From assembly GCA_902363555.1 (NCBI GenBank), contig CABJAM010000002.1:489709-553708 (forward strand): a stretch of 64,000 bases of DNA, written 5' to 3'. This document shows, one piece after another, positions 19,518 to 29,190 of the stretch (position 1 is its first letter; each line of letters begins with the position of its first letter). The notes under the pieces were generated by a model. It was not told the origin of the DNA. It ran no database searches and saw only the letters and a list, made by a program, of their open reading frames with translations. Source of the stretch: Lachnospiraceae bacterium. GTDB taxonomy: Bacteria; Bacillota; Clostridia; Lachnospirales; Lachnospiraceae. Made by a program: the position numbers and the translations under genes.

Positions 19518-22500
19518 TTACCTGTGGCGCTTTTTGTAGTGCGTCTTTTTCAGGTAGACAAACAAGACCATAACACCGGCCAAAGATACCAGCATCATCA
19601 GCCGCCAGGGCAGCAGGTTGGTCGTATCACCCGTCTGTGGCGTGGTCGTATCGTCGGTCTGCGGCGTAGTCGTACCACCCGTCTGTGGCGTAGTCGTATC
19701 GCCTGTCTGCGGGGTCGTTGTTTCGTCCGTCTGTGGGGTCGTTGTTTCGTCCGTCTGCGGAATGGTGGAATCGTTGATGGTGATCGTTACCGTAAAGGGA
19801 ACGCCATCGAACGTGTAGGTCGCTGTAACCATTCCCGTTTTAAGGGCTTTGAAGGTATAGGTATCACCGTTCTCCGTCATGGAAAGCAGCGCCTTGTCAT
19901 AACTCCACGCACCGCCCGCGGGCGCGGGTGTCCAGCTTACGCTCTGGCCCACCTGCAAGGTGTGGCTGTCCGGCAGACCGGTGATAACGGCCGCAGCATG
20001 GGGCTGCACTGCCACCGCAAAGGGTGACAAGCCGGAAAATGTGCCTTTTGCCATGCCGTTCTCCACCGTGACCGTGCGGCGCTCCTCCACCTTGTCCTTG
20101 CAGTGGAACATCTCTACTTCCTGCCCGTTGTACCTGGCATCCACCGGGATCTCCACGTCGAGGTCGCCGGTATATTTACCAGAGGACAGGCCTATGTCAA
20201 AGAGTACGAGCAGCTCACCCTTATCCTGTCTCTCCCGGATGCCGTCGCACACCTCACAGGCGCCTTTTTCGTGAAGACCGTTCTTTTTAACGGCCAGAAC
20301 AGCGTCGCCGGTGAAGGAGCCGCTCACCTTTATGCCAGTATCCGGGTCATAGAGCGTGCGGTAAAAATATGTGGGTGAGGGATCGCCGTCAGCCTGTTTG
20401 GTATATGTTTCGGTCATCACGCTGCTGTCGATGCTGTCCGGCGAGCCGGCGTAGGCTTTCAAGGTGCTGCCCAGCGGCACGGTGATGGGAGCGGAATAGG
20501 GCTGCCATGTGCCGCTTGTCGTCGGGTCGGAGTCATCCAGCATGTAATAGATCGTCGCGCCCGGCGTGGCGCAGGCGAGGGTGACGGTCTGGGCCTCCCG
20601 ATATGCGCCGCCCTTGGGGTCTGCCGTGGGCATGGCGGTCTGGCCCATAGCCGTCCATACTGCCGTCAGGATGATCTCATGGTCCGGCATGGTGAGTGTT
20701 TCCCCCGGCATATAAGTGGTTCCGTCGTACGCCCAACCCGCGAACACATAGCCGCTGCGGGTGAGACTGCCGGTATTTCCCAGGACGGTGACATCCATGC
20801 CCTTGCCGTAATAAGCGCTGTCTGATGGCACATCGCCGCTATCCTTATCCGGGGCGGTGTAGGTCACCATGTCTGCGGGCCAGGCCACGGGCGCGGTGCC
20901 ATTCTTAACGAACACTGCGTCGGGGATGCTGGAGTCGTTGACCAGGTTAGCGTAAGAAAGCGCGTACCCGTCCGTTCCCTCGCAGGACCGGAGGTTCATG
21001 GAGACGGGGGCCGCACTCACGGTCAGGTCACCGAACACACACATACCGTGGCCCTCCGTGCCTTTGCCGCCTTGGACAGTGAGGCTGCCAGTGAAGGCAA
21101 GCTCCAGATCGCCCAAAACCCTCATACCGTCGCTCCATGCCGTGCCGTAAAGGCCTTTGGCGGTCAGCGAGCCGCTCCCCGCCAGCTTGTAACTGCTGCC
21201 GTTTTGAAAGAGGACGCCCGTATATAAACCCTCGGCCGTCACCGCGCCGTCCACCGTCAAAACGCCGCCCGATTTGATGCCGTTATTCCCCCGGGCAGTG
21301 GTGGTTCCTGCACCGTCCAGCGTGACGTTCCCGCCAGAAGAGATGCTATATCTGGAGAGGCCGCCGCCCGTCTTGCCGCTCTCCACCACGATAGTGCCGC
21401 CGTTGTGGATGGTGATGTCGTCTCCTGACAAGCCGCTGCCGCCGCTGCCGCCACTGTTCCCGCCCGTGGCGGTCAGGGAACCGCCATTACCCACGCTGAC
21501 GATCAGGCTGGCGGCGAAAATGCCGTGACCGCCAGAAAAAGTCGATGTACACGCGCCGCCCACGGCAGTCAGGAACGCGTTCCCTACCTCAACAGTCAGA
21601 TTGCCGTTGCAGTAGATTGCAGTCTTCCCCATGTCGCTGTTCCCTGATCCGCCAGTGAGGAAACAGGTTCCCTCCACCGTCAGGGTGGCATCAGAGGCGA
21701 AGTAGAGCGCGAATTCCATATCCCGGGCGGTAAGGTCTAGGTCCTGGATAATCAGGGAACGAACGCTGCTTGCCACCCTGATGTTGGAGCCGTTCACGGC
21801 CCTCCCGCCCGAGGTGACGGTCACGTCGTCCACGTCGATGGTCAGCGTGGCGTCGCCGTTCCCCCGGATGAAGATGGTTCCGCCGGACTGGACACCCAGC
21901 CCTTTGGCGCTTGCGTTCGTACTGCCATTCCAAAGTGTCAGCGTCTCAGTGGGATTTCCCGCGCCGTCATACTGTTTGCCAATGCCGTTCTTACAGTCAA
22001 GGATGGTGCAGTTTTGATACGTCGGGTTGGGGGCGTCGGTGCCATTATGTTCCATCTCCAGCATAGCTCCGTCCGTGACCGACAGGCTGCCGCCGCTTTT
22101 ACCATACTTACCGCTGCCCACATCGCAGCCGTCAGTGCTGCTGGCCGTAACACTGGCGCCCTCGCCGGAAATTATAACGGTACCGCCGGAGCCAAACCAG
22201 CCGCCGCCAATCCCCGCGCCGTGCCCTCTGTACCCGCTGCTCATGGCGGTCACTCGCGCGCTGCCCCGGATGCTGATCTCGCCGCCGTCGCCACCTTCAG
22301 TGTGGCCCGAGTCGGGGTCGCCGATGCCGGTGCCACCACCGATCCCTGCTCCGCCATCGCTGCCCGTGGCCACCACTTGCGCGCTGCCCTGGATGGTGAT
22401 TTTTCCGCCGGAGCCCAACTGGCCGCCGCCAATCCCCGCGCCGCCGTCGCCGCCCATGGCCGCTACTTGAACACTGCCTTGGATGGTGATTTCACCGCCG

Positions 22501-23909
22501 CTGCCCTCTGCGCTGCCGCCGATGCCGGCACCGCCGTCGCCACTCTTGTAGGAGTTTCCGCCCATGGCGTTCAATTTGCCGCTGCCTTCGATCGTCACGG
22601 CCGCGCCGTCCGGTACCTGGATTCCAGCGCACCTGACTCCGCCCGTAAACGTATTTTCGTTCCGCAGGATCAGGGTGGCGGAACTGCCATTGTTGATGTC
22701 AAAAGCGGTCGATCCGGTGGACGAGCAGTCAATGTGGACGTTGTCCAGCGTCAGACTGGCGGCCGTGTTGTCCGCCACAGCCAGCCGGTAGTCCGCCGTA
22801 CTGGCAACGTCGTCTCTCATGCGGATGGTCATGGGCTTGCCTGAGGTGATCTTCAGCACCTCTCCGTCCAGGTAAAAATCCCCGCCATTTTGACTGTCGA
22901 TCAAATCCGCGCCCTCAATGACAAAATCGCCCTTTACACAGGAATTGACCTCAATCGTATCCGCGCCGCCAGGCAGCACCCTGACGGAGGGGAGCGGGTC
23001 GCAGACGTAGCCCTCCGGGAGCGCCGCCGTAAAGAGATATTCCCCGGCGACGGGCCAGTTGCCGCCGTCCTGTCGGAAAGCGTCACATATCCAGCCGGAG
23101 ATGTCCACCGTGACCGGGTCTGTTCCGCCCTCAAACTCCGCGCTGATAGCCGTGGGCAGCATGGCAGCCACATCGTCAAAGCTGGCCTGGTTGTCCGCGG
23201 TCACCCCGGACATGGGCAGTTCGCCCATGTTCAGATAATCATCGCCCACGAACGTCCAGTTCACGATGGTTTTTACAAGACTGTTATCTGCCTGTGGCGC
23301 CGGTTCACATGCACCGTCATGCCCGTCGACAAGGGTGCAGCCTTCCGTTTTTGTACATAGGCCCGGTTCTCCCGGCTGGTTATCCGCTGATGTCTCCGTG
23401 TCTTTATCCATCACCGTCACGGTGATCTGCGGCGGCTCCACGCCGTCCGACAGGGAGCAGCCGCCCACGTCCGCGGTAAACACATACTTGTCCAGCGTGT
23501 CGTCGTCGTAGGCAGGGGTGCTGTTCCACGTTACCGGAATCTGTTCCTCTGTCGTAGTGACGGTTGTGGCCGTTTTTCCGCTGTCTACTTCCGGCTCCGC
23601 ATCGTTTTCCGGTGTGCCGTCCTCTGTGACAAGTATATCTGCTGAAACCCTGTATACCGCCGCCGTCAGCGTGTCCGGCAGGTCCAAAGCCTCCCGCGCT
23701 GTTCCAGGCGTAACGGTCTGCTCCGCGACACCGCTGTCCAGCGGCTCAAAGGACGCGATGGCCCCGTCCTGCGGCGGGGTATTGGTGTTCTCCGCAGCCG
23801 CACCCACCGGTATTATCAAGCTGAACAGCATCGTTGCGGACAGCAGCACCGCAAGCATCCGTTTTTTGGCCTTCATCCGGGCAGTCTCCTTCTCGATCAT
23901 CTTTCTCAT
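19518..23909 (-). CDS. large cell-surface protein (about 1463 aa)
   Basis: Signal peptide (KKRMLAVLLSATMLFSLIIPVGAAA). Multiple Gly-rich GGxGGAGIGGG beta-helix-like repeats. A Listeria/Bacteroides-type repeat (GYVFAGW...LTAVW). A chitobiase-C-like GATIYYxLDDSDPT domain. Seven TTTPQT(D/G) heptads followed by a TM segment and a KKTHYKKRHR tail. Start at 23909 with AGGAGG RBS. Confidence 0.85.
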   Translation of the reverse strand: MRKMIEKETARMKAKKRMLAVLLSATMLFSLIIPVGAAAENTNTPPQDGAIASFEPLDSGVAEQTVTPGTAREALDLPDTLTAAVYRVSADILVTEDGTPENDAEPEVDSGKTATTVTTTEEQIPVTWNSTPAYDDDTLDKYVFTADVGGCSLSDGVEPPQITVTVMDKDTETSADNQPGEPGLCTKTEGCTLVDGHDGACEPAPQADNSLVKTIVNWTFVGDDYLNMGELPMSGVTADNQASFDDVAAMLPTAISAEFEGGTDPVTVDISGWICDAFRQDGGNWPVAGEYLFTAALPEGYVCDPLPSVRVLPGGADTIEVNSCVKGDFVIEGADLIDSQNGGDFYLDGEVLKITSGKPMTIRMRDDVASTADYRLAVADNTAASLTLDNVHIDCSSTGSTAFDINNGSSATLILRNENTFTGGVRCAGIQVPDGAAVTIEGSGKLNAMGGNSYKSGDGGAGIGGSAEGSGGEITIQGSVQVAAMGGDGGAGIGGGQLGSGGKITIQGSAQVVATGSDGGAGIGGGTGIGDPDSGHTEGGDGGEISIRGSARVTAMSSGYRGHGAGIGGGWFGSGGTVIISGEGASVTASSTDGCDVGSGKYGKSGGSLSVTDGAMLEMEHNGTDAPNPTYQNCTILDCKNGIGKQYDGAGNPTETLTLWNGSTNASAKGLGVQSGGTIFIRGNGDATLTIDVDDVTVTSGGRAVNGSNIRVASSVRSLIIQDLDLTARDMEFALYFASDATLTVEGTCFLTGGSGNSDMGKTAIYCNGNLTVEVGNAFLTAVGGACTSTFSGGHGIFAASLIVSVGNGGSLTATGGNSGGSGGSGLSGDDITIHNGGTIVVESGKTGGGLSRYSISSGGNVTLDGAGTTTARGNNGIKSGGVLTVDGAVTAEGLYTGVLFQNGSSYKLAGSGSLTAKGLYGTAWSDGMRVLGDLELAFTGSLTVQGGKGTEGHGMCVFGDLTVSAAPVSMNLRSCEGTDGYALSYANLVNDSSIPDAVFVKNGTAPVAWPADMVTYTAPDKDSGDVPSDSAYYGKGMDVTVLGNTGSLTRSGYVFAGWAYDGTTYMPGETLTMPDHEIILTAVWTAMGQTAMPTADPKGGAYREAQTVTLACATPGATIYYMLDDSDPTTSGTWQPYSAPITVPLGSTLKAYAGSPDSIDSSVMTETYTKQADGDPSPTYFYRTLYDPDTGIKVSGSFTGDAVLAVKKNGLHEKGACEVCDGIRERQDKGELLVLFDIGLSSGKYTGDLDVEIPVDARYNGQEVEMFHCKDKVEERRTVTVENGMAKGTFSGLSPFAVAVQPHAAAVITGLPDSHTLQVGQSVSWTPAPAGGAWSYDKALLSMTENGDTYTFKALKTGMVTATYTFDGVPFTVTITINDSTIPQTDETTTPQTDETTTPQTGDTTTPQTGGTTTPQTDDTTTPQTGDTTNLLPWRLMMLVSLAGVMVLFVYLKKTHYKKRHR
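19615..19762 (-). repeat. seven tandem 21-bp repeats encoding the TTTPQT(D/G) heptads at the 3' end of the surface-protein gene
   Basis: GTCGT(A/T)TC(R)CC(Y)GTCTG(Y)GG(S) units, read directly from the sequence. Confidence 0.85.
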
Positions 23910-24224
23910 GTTCGCTCCTCCTCTTTTCCGCACACTTCCCCGCTGCCATACAAAAAGGTTATCAACGTGTATATGTCTTGCCTATGTAATAGGCAAGACA
24001 AGGGGTATACCCCTTGTGCGATTTTTATTGGCTTTATTCAGTTATCCGCAGATATCCTAACCCATTTTGATTGTTGCAGATCCACCTCCCAAAATCAATA
24101 AAAAAAGCATGAGCCGTTCTCACAGAGCTTAAGCCGGAGGAAAGCCGCTGTAAATCCGCTCCGCTTCATGCTATAATAAACCTGACAAACTGTACTTTTA
24201 TGATCCGCCTTTGGGAAAGGAGGC

Positions 24225-24944
24225 ATGGAGATGCTTGCTGTGATCTGCGACGATCTCGCGGGTGACCGGGAGATCCTGCTGGATTTTTGTGCCCGATATG
24301 CAAAAAACAACCATATGTCCATCGCTGCGCTGGACTTTGAAAACGCCGGAGCGCTGCTGCAGAGCCGGGAGGCCCGGAGCGCCGACGTGATATTTCTCGA
24401 TATTTATATGGAAGGCGCCCTGGGGGTGGACGCCGCCCGCATCCTGCGGGGGAAGGGCTTTCGCGGCGCACTGGTCTTCACGACCACCAGCCGGGAGCAC
24501 TACGCGGACGGCTTCGATGTGGAAGCCTCCCATTACCTGATCAAGCCGATAAGCTGGGAAGCTTTCTGTGAGGCTATGCGCCGGGCCCATGACCGGATGA
24601 GTGCTCCCGCCCGAAAGGTGCGCGTGACCGCCGGGCGGGATGAACTGGATGTGGACGTTTCCGGTATCCAATATGTGGAGGTCTACGGGCACAAAACGAT
24701 ACTGCATACCCTGCGGGGCGAGGTGGTGGTCTCCCAGTCCCTTACCGCGCTGGAAGAACGACTGGGCGGCGACCCGTTTTTGCGGTGTTACCGCTACTTT
24801 ATCGTCAACATGGACTTTGTGAAGCGCATGAACGAGGACAACTTTTTAATGAAGGACGGCCGGGAAATCCCCCTCTCACGGGATGGGCGGGCCGCTCTCA
24901 AGAGCCGGTACATGGCCTATGTGTTCGGCCGGATGGAGGGATGA
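24225..24944 (+). CDS. LytTR-family response regulator (AgrA-like)
   Basis: Receiver domain plus LytTR DNA-binding domain (YVEVYGHKTILHTLRGEVV...YFIVNMDFV). RBS AAAGGAGG. Confidence 0.9.
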   Translation: MEMLAVICDDLAGDREILLDFCARYAKNNHMSIAALDFENAGALLQSREARSADVIFLDIYMEGALGVDAARILRGKGFRGALVFTTTSREHYADGFDVEASHYLIKPISWEAFCEAMRRAHDRMSAPARKVRVTAGRDELDVDVSGIQYVEVYGHKTILHTLRGEVVVSQSLTALEERLGGDPFLRCYRYFIVNMDFVKRMNEDNFLMKDGREIPLSRDGRAALKSRYMAYVFGRMEG

Positions 24945-24948
24945 TACG

Positions 24949-26319
24949 ATGGAAACGATTGCTGCGGAATATATCACCTGTGTGATCGAGGCGGCCATGA
25001 CCATGTTCTTCTGCCTCTATGTGGCCCGCGATCTGCTGCGGGTACGGATGCGGATCCTGGCACCGGCGGTGGCGCTGCTGGCCATCGCGGGCAGTGCGGG
25101 GAGTATGGCGCTGTCGGCATGGCTGAGCGCCTGGCTGCCCTTTTCAATGGACACCAGCACGGTATCCCTGCCGCTCTGGTTTGCTGTGGGCTATTTCAGC
25201 CTGCGCCGGGCCACCCACGAGCGGGCAGGCGGGCTGCTGTTCATCCTCCTCCTATCGGTGCAGGTACTTCATGTATGCCGGAGCACCACCTACTTTTTCT
25301 ACGGTCTCTTTTCCCCCGGTATGGCCGACGGCGCATACTGCTGGGCGGATATTCCGGGCTTTGGCATCCCATCTGTGGTGCTGACGTTCCTGCTGGCGGC
25401 ATTCTGTCACGGGCTCTACAAGAAACTGCGGGGGATCGATCTGCGGGGATATCTTCAGTTGTGGTTCATCCCCCTGTTCTTCGTGATCCTTTATGTCCTG
25501 CAGACCAACATCTATCCGCTGGGGAGTTTCACCCTCACAAACGGTTTCCGCCTTTTGATCAGTTTATGCGCTTTCGTGACCTACTCTCAGATGGTCTCAG
25601 CCATCGCTCACGCAGCGATGGCGGCGAGGGAAACAGAGACCCATACCCAGCTTGCCCACCAGTTGGATCTGCAGCGGGCGCGGGTGGACGATTTAGAGAG
25701 TCACGCTGAGGAAATGAAGCGCATTCGCCACGACCGCAGGCAGCATGTCCAGGTCCTGCGGGGCCTGTTGGAAAAGGACGAGGTCGCCGAAGCGCTCGCC
25801 TATCTTGATGATTATGAGGACAGCATGGCCAGCGCGATCCGGCCGCCCCTGTGTGAAAACTTCGTGGCCGACACGCTCTGCCGCCGCTACGAGACGCTGG
25901 CAAAGCAATCAAACATCACGGTGACGATGAATGTTGCTCTGCCTAAAGAGCCGGGCGTATCGGGCAGCGATCTTGCAGTCATCCTGGGCAACCTGTGGGA
26001 AAACGCCGTGGCCGCCGCACTGGACGCGGAGGAAGCACGCCGCTTTATCCGCCTGCGGATACAGACCCAGGAGGATCAGGTGCTGATCCGTATGGAGAAT
26101 GGCTACGGCGGAGTGATCTGCCAGGATGGCGAGCGGTTTTTATCCTCCAAGCCGGGCCGTAACCTGGCCGAGGGAGTGGGCATTGCCAGCATCCGCTCAA
26201 TGGCCCGGCGCTACGGCGGCATGGCGGCCTTTGACTATACCCCGGACACCTTTACTGCCTCAGTGCTGCTCTACCCGCGGACATCGGGAACGTTCTGCCC
26301 GACAGGTATCGGAGTATAA
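24949..26319 (+). CDS. AgrC-like multi-TM GHKL sensor histidine kinase
   Basis: Six or more TM helices followed by an HATPase_c_5-like domain. Start METIAAEY 5 nt after the regulator's stop codon. Confidence 0.8.
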   Translation: METIAAEYITCVIEAAMTMFFCLYVARDLLRVRMRILAPAVALLAIAGSAGSMALSAWLSAWLPFSMDTSTVSLPLWFAVGYFSLRRATHERAGGLLFILLLSVQVLHVCRSTTYFFYGLFSPGMADGAYCWADIPGFGIPSVVLTFLLAAFCHGLYKKLRGIDLRGYLQLWFIPLFFVILYVLQTNIYPLGSFTLTNGFRLLISLCAFVTYSQMVSAIAHAAMAARETETHTQLAHQLDLQRARVDDLESHAEEMKRIRHDRRQHVQVLRGLLEKDEVAEALAYLDDYEDSMASAIRPPLCENFVADTLCRRYETLAKQSNITVTMNVALPKEPGVSGSDLAVILGNLWENAVAAALDAEEARRFIRLRIQTQEDQVLIRMENGYGGVICQDGERFLSSKPGRNLAEGVGIASIRSMARRYGGMAAFDYTPDTFTASVLLYPRTSGTFCPTGIGV

Positions 26320-26453
26320 CGTCATTTTTGTATATTCTTAGGTCATTTTTGTTGATTATTAAATTTCTATAAAAATGCTATGATACAAATATACAAAAAA
26401 CAAACCGATGCTTTGTGCAATATGAGCATCCACGAAATTCAGGAGGTAAGTAT

Positions 26454-28085
26454 ATGAAAAGATTTTTGGCAATCGCGCTCGTACTTGTCATGTCGTTATC
26501 TTTATTGGCAGGCTGTGGTTCCAGCAATTCCGGCTCTAAGGACACAAAAGCCCCGGCCGCAACCGAAGCAAAGGGTGATACCGCAGCCCCCGACGGAACG
26601 CAGGCTCCGGACGCTACCGATGGCAGTGAAGGCGGCGCAGCCTCTGCCGGCACATCAAAAGATTACATCAACTTTGACGAAGACCCCTATGAAGTTGTTA
26701 TTGAATGTCTGAACCTTGGCTCCAACGCCGAAAGTGTTCCAGCTATGGAAGAAGCCATTAACGCCATTACAGTTCCGGCAATCAACGTTAAGGTTAAGCT
26801 TCAGGTCATCCACATTGCAGACCATGCCACAAAGACAGCCCTGTGGGCCGCCGGTGGTGAAAAGATCGATATCTATTATGTTGGTACGACCGTAGCCTTC
26901 TCCCAGTTCGTATCCGATGGTATGATCATCCCGATCACCGACTTACTTGCAGAACGCGGCGCTACACTGAATGAAAAATGTGCTGAACTTCTGGACGCCT
27001 TTACTGTTGAAGGCGAGATTTATGCCATCCCTCAGGATATCTACTGCGCAGCAGCCAGAGGTATTGACTATAATGCCGATATGGCAAAGGAATGCGGTAT
27101 TGAACTTCCTGAAAAATGGGATATGCAGGCGATGACAGATATCGGCCATGCAATCAAGGAAGCGAATCCGGAATACTATCTGATGGCTAAAAACGGTTCT
27201 CAGGATGCCGGTGAAATCTATTACTACTACGGTATGGATGGTTTCGGCAGCAGCACCGGCGCTTACGGCGTTTTCTTAAATCCGGAAACCGATACCGAGA
27301 TCGTAAACCTTTATACATCCGATGAATTTAAAGAGTACTGCAAATTCAACATCGAATGGAAGGAAAATGGCTTTATGCCCGCAGACCAGGCAGTGAACGG
27401 TGAAAACGCCCAGGACGTTTACAGAAATGGTATGAGCTTCTGCCAGTGGGTAAGCGTTCGTCCTTCCGAAGAAATTTCCAAACAGAACTTTACACCATTT
27501 GACAGCCAGGAAGCCGCATTTACAAATGCATGGTTTACAAGCTCAGGTGTACAGGAAAAAGCATGGGGCATTTCCACAAACTGTGAAAAGCCTGAGAAAG
27601 CTATGGATTTCTTAAACTTCTTATATGAAAATACAGAAGTTGCCAATATCCTCAACTATGGTATTGAAGGTACCGATTACGTTTACACCGATGGCTCCGA
27701 CAAGATCATTACATATCCGGAAGGCATCGACTCCACAAACGTGGGCTGGAACCGTTCCTTCTGTATGTTTGGCGACCAGAGCGAAATCAACCAGATGGTT
27801 CCTGCCACAGAAGAATACTATACAACACTTAAAGAATTTAACGATAACGCTGTTGCCTGCAAAACTCTTGGCTATTCTTTCGACGCCACCAACGTTTCCA
27901 CACAGGTAGCCGCAGTGTCCAACATCGTTCAGGAATACGTTCCAAGCCTTGTTTACGGTGAAATTTCCGAAGATAAGCTGGATACCTATCTGGAAGATAT
28001 GAACGCTAAGCTTGAAAGCGCCGGCATTCTGGATATCATCGCCGAGAATCAGGCACAGCTCAACGCATGGCTTGAAACCAGATAG
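26454..28085 (+). CDS. ABC transporter substrate-binding lipoprotein (LplA-like)
   Basis: Lipobox LLAGCGSS. Size about 540 aa. AGGAGG RBS. Confidence 0.9.
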   Translation: MKRFLAIALVLVMSLSLLAGCGSSNSGSKDTKAPAATEAKGDTAAPDGTQAPDATDGSEGGAASAGTSKDYINFDEDPYEVVIECLNLGSNAESVPAMEEAINAITVPAINVKVKLQVIHIADHATKTALWAAGGEKIDIYYVGTTVAFSQFVSDGMIIPITDLLAERGATLNEKCAELLDAFTVEGEIYAIPQDIYCAAARGIDYNADMAKECGIELPEKWDMQAMTDIGHAIKEANPEYYLMAKNGSQDAGEIYYYYGMDGFGSSTGAYGVFLNPETDTEIVNLYTSDEFKEYCKFNIEWKENGFMPADQAVNGENAQDVYRNGMSFCQWVSVRPSEEISKQNFTPFDSQEAAFTNAWFTSSGVQEKAWGISTNCEKPEKAMDFLNFLYENTEVANILNYGIEGTDYVYTDGSDKIITYPEGIDSTNVGWNRSFCMFGDQSEINQMVPATEEYYTTLKEFNDNAVACKTLGYSFDATNVSTQVAAVSNIVQEYVPSLVYGEISEDKLDTYLEDMNAKLESAGILDIIAENQAQLNAWLETR

Positions 28086-28200
28086 TTTTAACACATATGA
28101 ACTCAGAGGCGGTCCGGCCCAGTCCGGCCGCCCTCTTTGGTAAAGCCGGTCACAGGCCGCAAATCTCCCTATCAAACGTTTCGGAAAGGAGCTTTTATAC

Positions 28201-29175
28201 ATGGCAGCGAATGCAAAAGCAACCAATGTAAATCCTGACACCATGGATTTAAAAGATATTCCAAAGAAAAATAAAACAAAGTTCCGCCACTGGATCCCAT
28301 TTTATATCATGGGCCTCCCAGGCATGCTCTACCTGATCATCAACAATTACCTGCCCATGTTCGGCCTGCAGATCGCCTTTAAGAAATTCAACTACTCTCA
28401 GGGTATCTGGGGCAGTAAATGGTGTGGTCTTTCAAACTTCGAGTACCTGTTTTCATCCGACCAGGCGTTTCGTATCACACGAAACACCATCCTGTATAAT
28501 CTGGCTTTCATCGTCCTTGGCATGGTCTTTGGCGTGGCCGTGGCCATCCTTGTCAATGAGGTCATCAGCAAAGCGGCAAAGCGCTTTTACCAGACCGTCA
28601 TCCTTCTGCCCTACCTGATGTCCATGGTAATCATCGCTTATCTTGTATTTGCTTACTTAAGCCCCTCCACGGGTCTGTTCAACTCCATCATCACCAGTCT
28701 TGGCGGCGAGGGTGTGGACTGGTACAGGGAAAAGGCCTACTGGCCCTTTATCCTCATCTTTGTCCAGCAATGGAAATCCATCGGCTTTGGTATGGTGCTT
28801 TATCTGTCCTCCATCGTCGGTATCAGCAAGGAATATTATGAGGCGGCTCAGATCGACGGGGCCACCAAATGGCAGCAGATCCGCAAAATCACACTGCCTC
28901 TGTTAAAGCCTACCATCATCACACTGCTCATCCTTAACTGCGGTAATATTTTCCGGTCTGATTTTGGTCTGTTCTATCAGGTGCCTATGAACCAGGGTAC
29001 ACTGTACGCCGTCACCGACACGATCGATACGTTCGTGTACCGCGGTCTGATGGTTAAGCCCAACATGGCCATGTCCTCGGCCGCCGGCTTCTATCAGTCC
29101 ATCGTAGGCTTTATCTGCATCGTAACGGTCAACGGAATCATCCGCAAGGTCAGCAAAGAAAATGCAATGTTTTAA
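28201..29175 (+). CDS. sugar ABC transporter permease (LplB-like)
   Basis: Six-TM permease with EAA-like motif. Confidence 0.9.
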   Translation: MAANAKATNVNPDTMDLKDIPKKNKTKFRHWIPFYIMGLPGMLYLIINNYLPMFGLQIAFKKFNYSQGIWGSKWCGLSNFEYLFSSDQAFRITRNTILYNLAFIVLGMVFGVAVAILVNEVISKAAKRFYQTVILLPYLMSMVIIAYLVFAYLSPSTGLFNSIITSLGGEGVDWYREKAYWPFILIFVQQWKSIGFGMVLYLSSIVGISKEYYEAAQIDGATKWQQIRKITLPLLKPTIITLLILNCGNIFRSDFGLFYQVPMNQGTLYAVTDTIDTFVYRGLMVKPNMAMSSAAGFYQSIVGFICIVTVNGIIRKVSKENAMF

Positions 29176-29190
29176 GAAGGAGGGAACACT

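Noticed and set aside
19524-23511. Plus-strand ORFs (for example 19524-20027, 22014-22844, 22890-23360) inside the surface-protein gene
   Set aside because: Antisense products of a repetitive GC-rich gene. Pro/Ala-rich translations with no start signals.
24095-24707. Minus-strand ORFs overlapping the LytTR regulator gene as possible AgrD/AgrB-like genes
   Set aside because: Antisense to the regulator coding sequence. No AgrB-like membrane protein or AgrD-like peptide could be found in 23934-26453.
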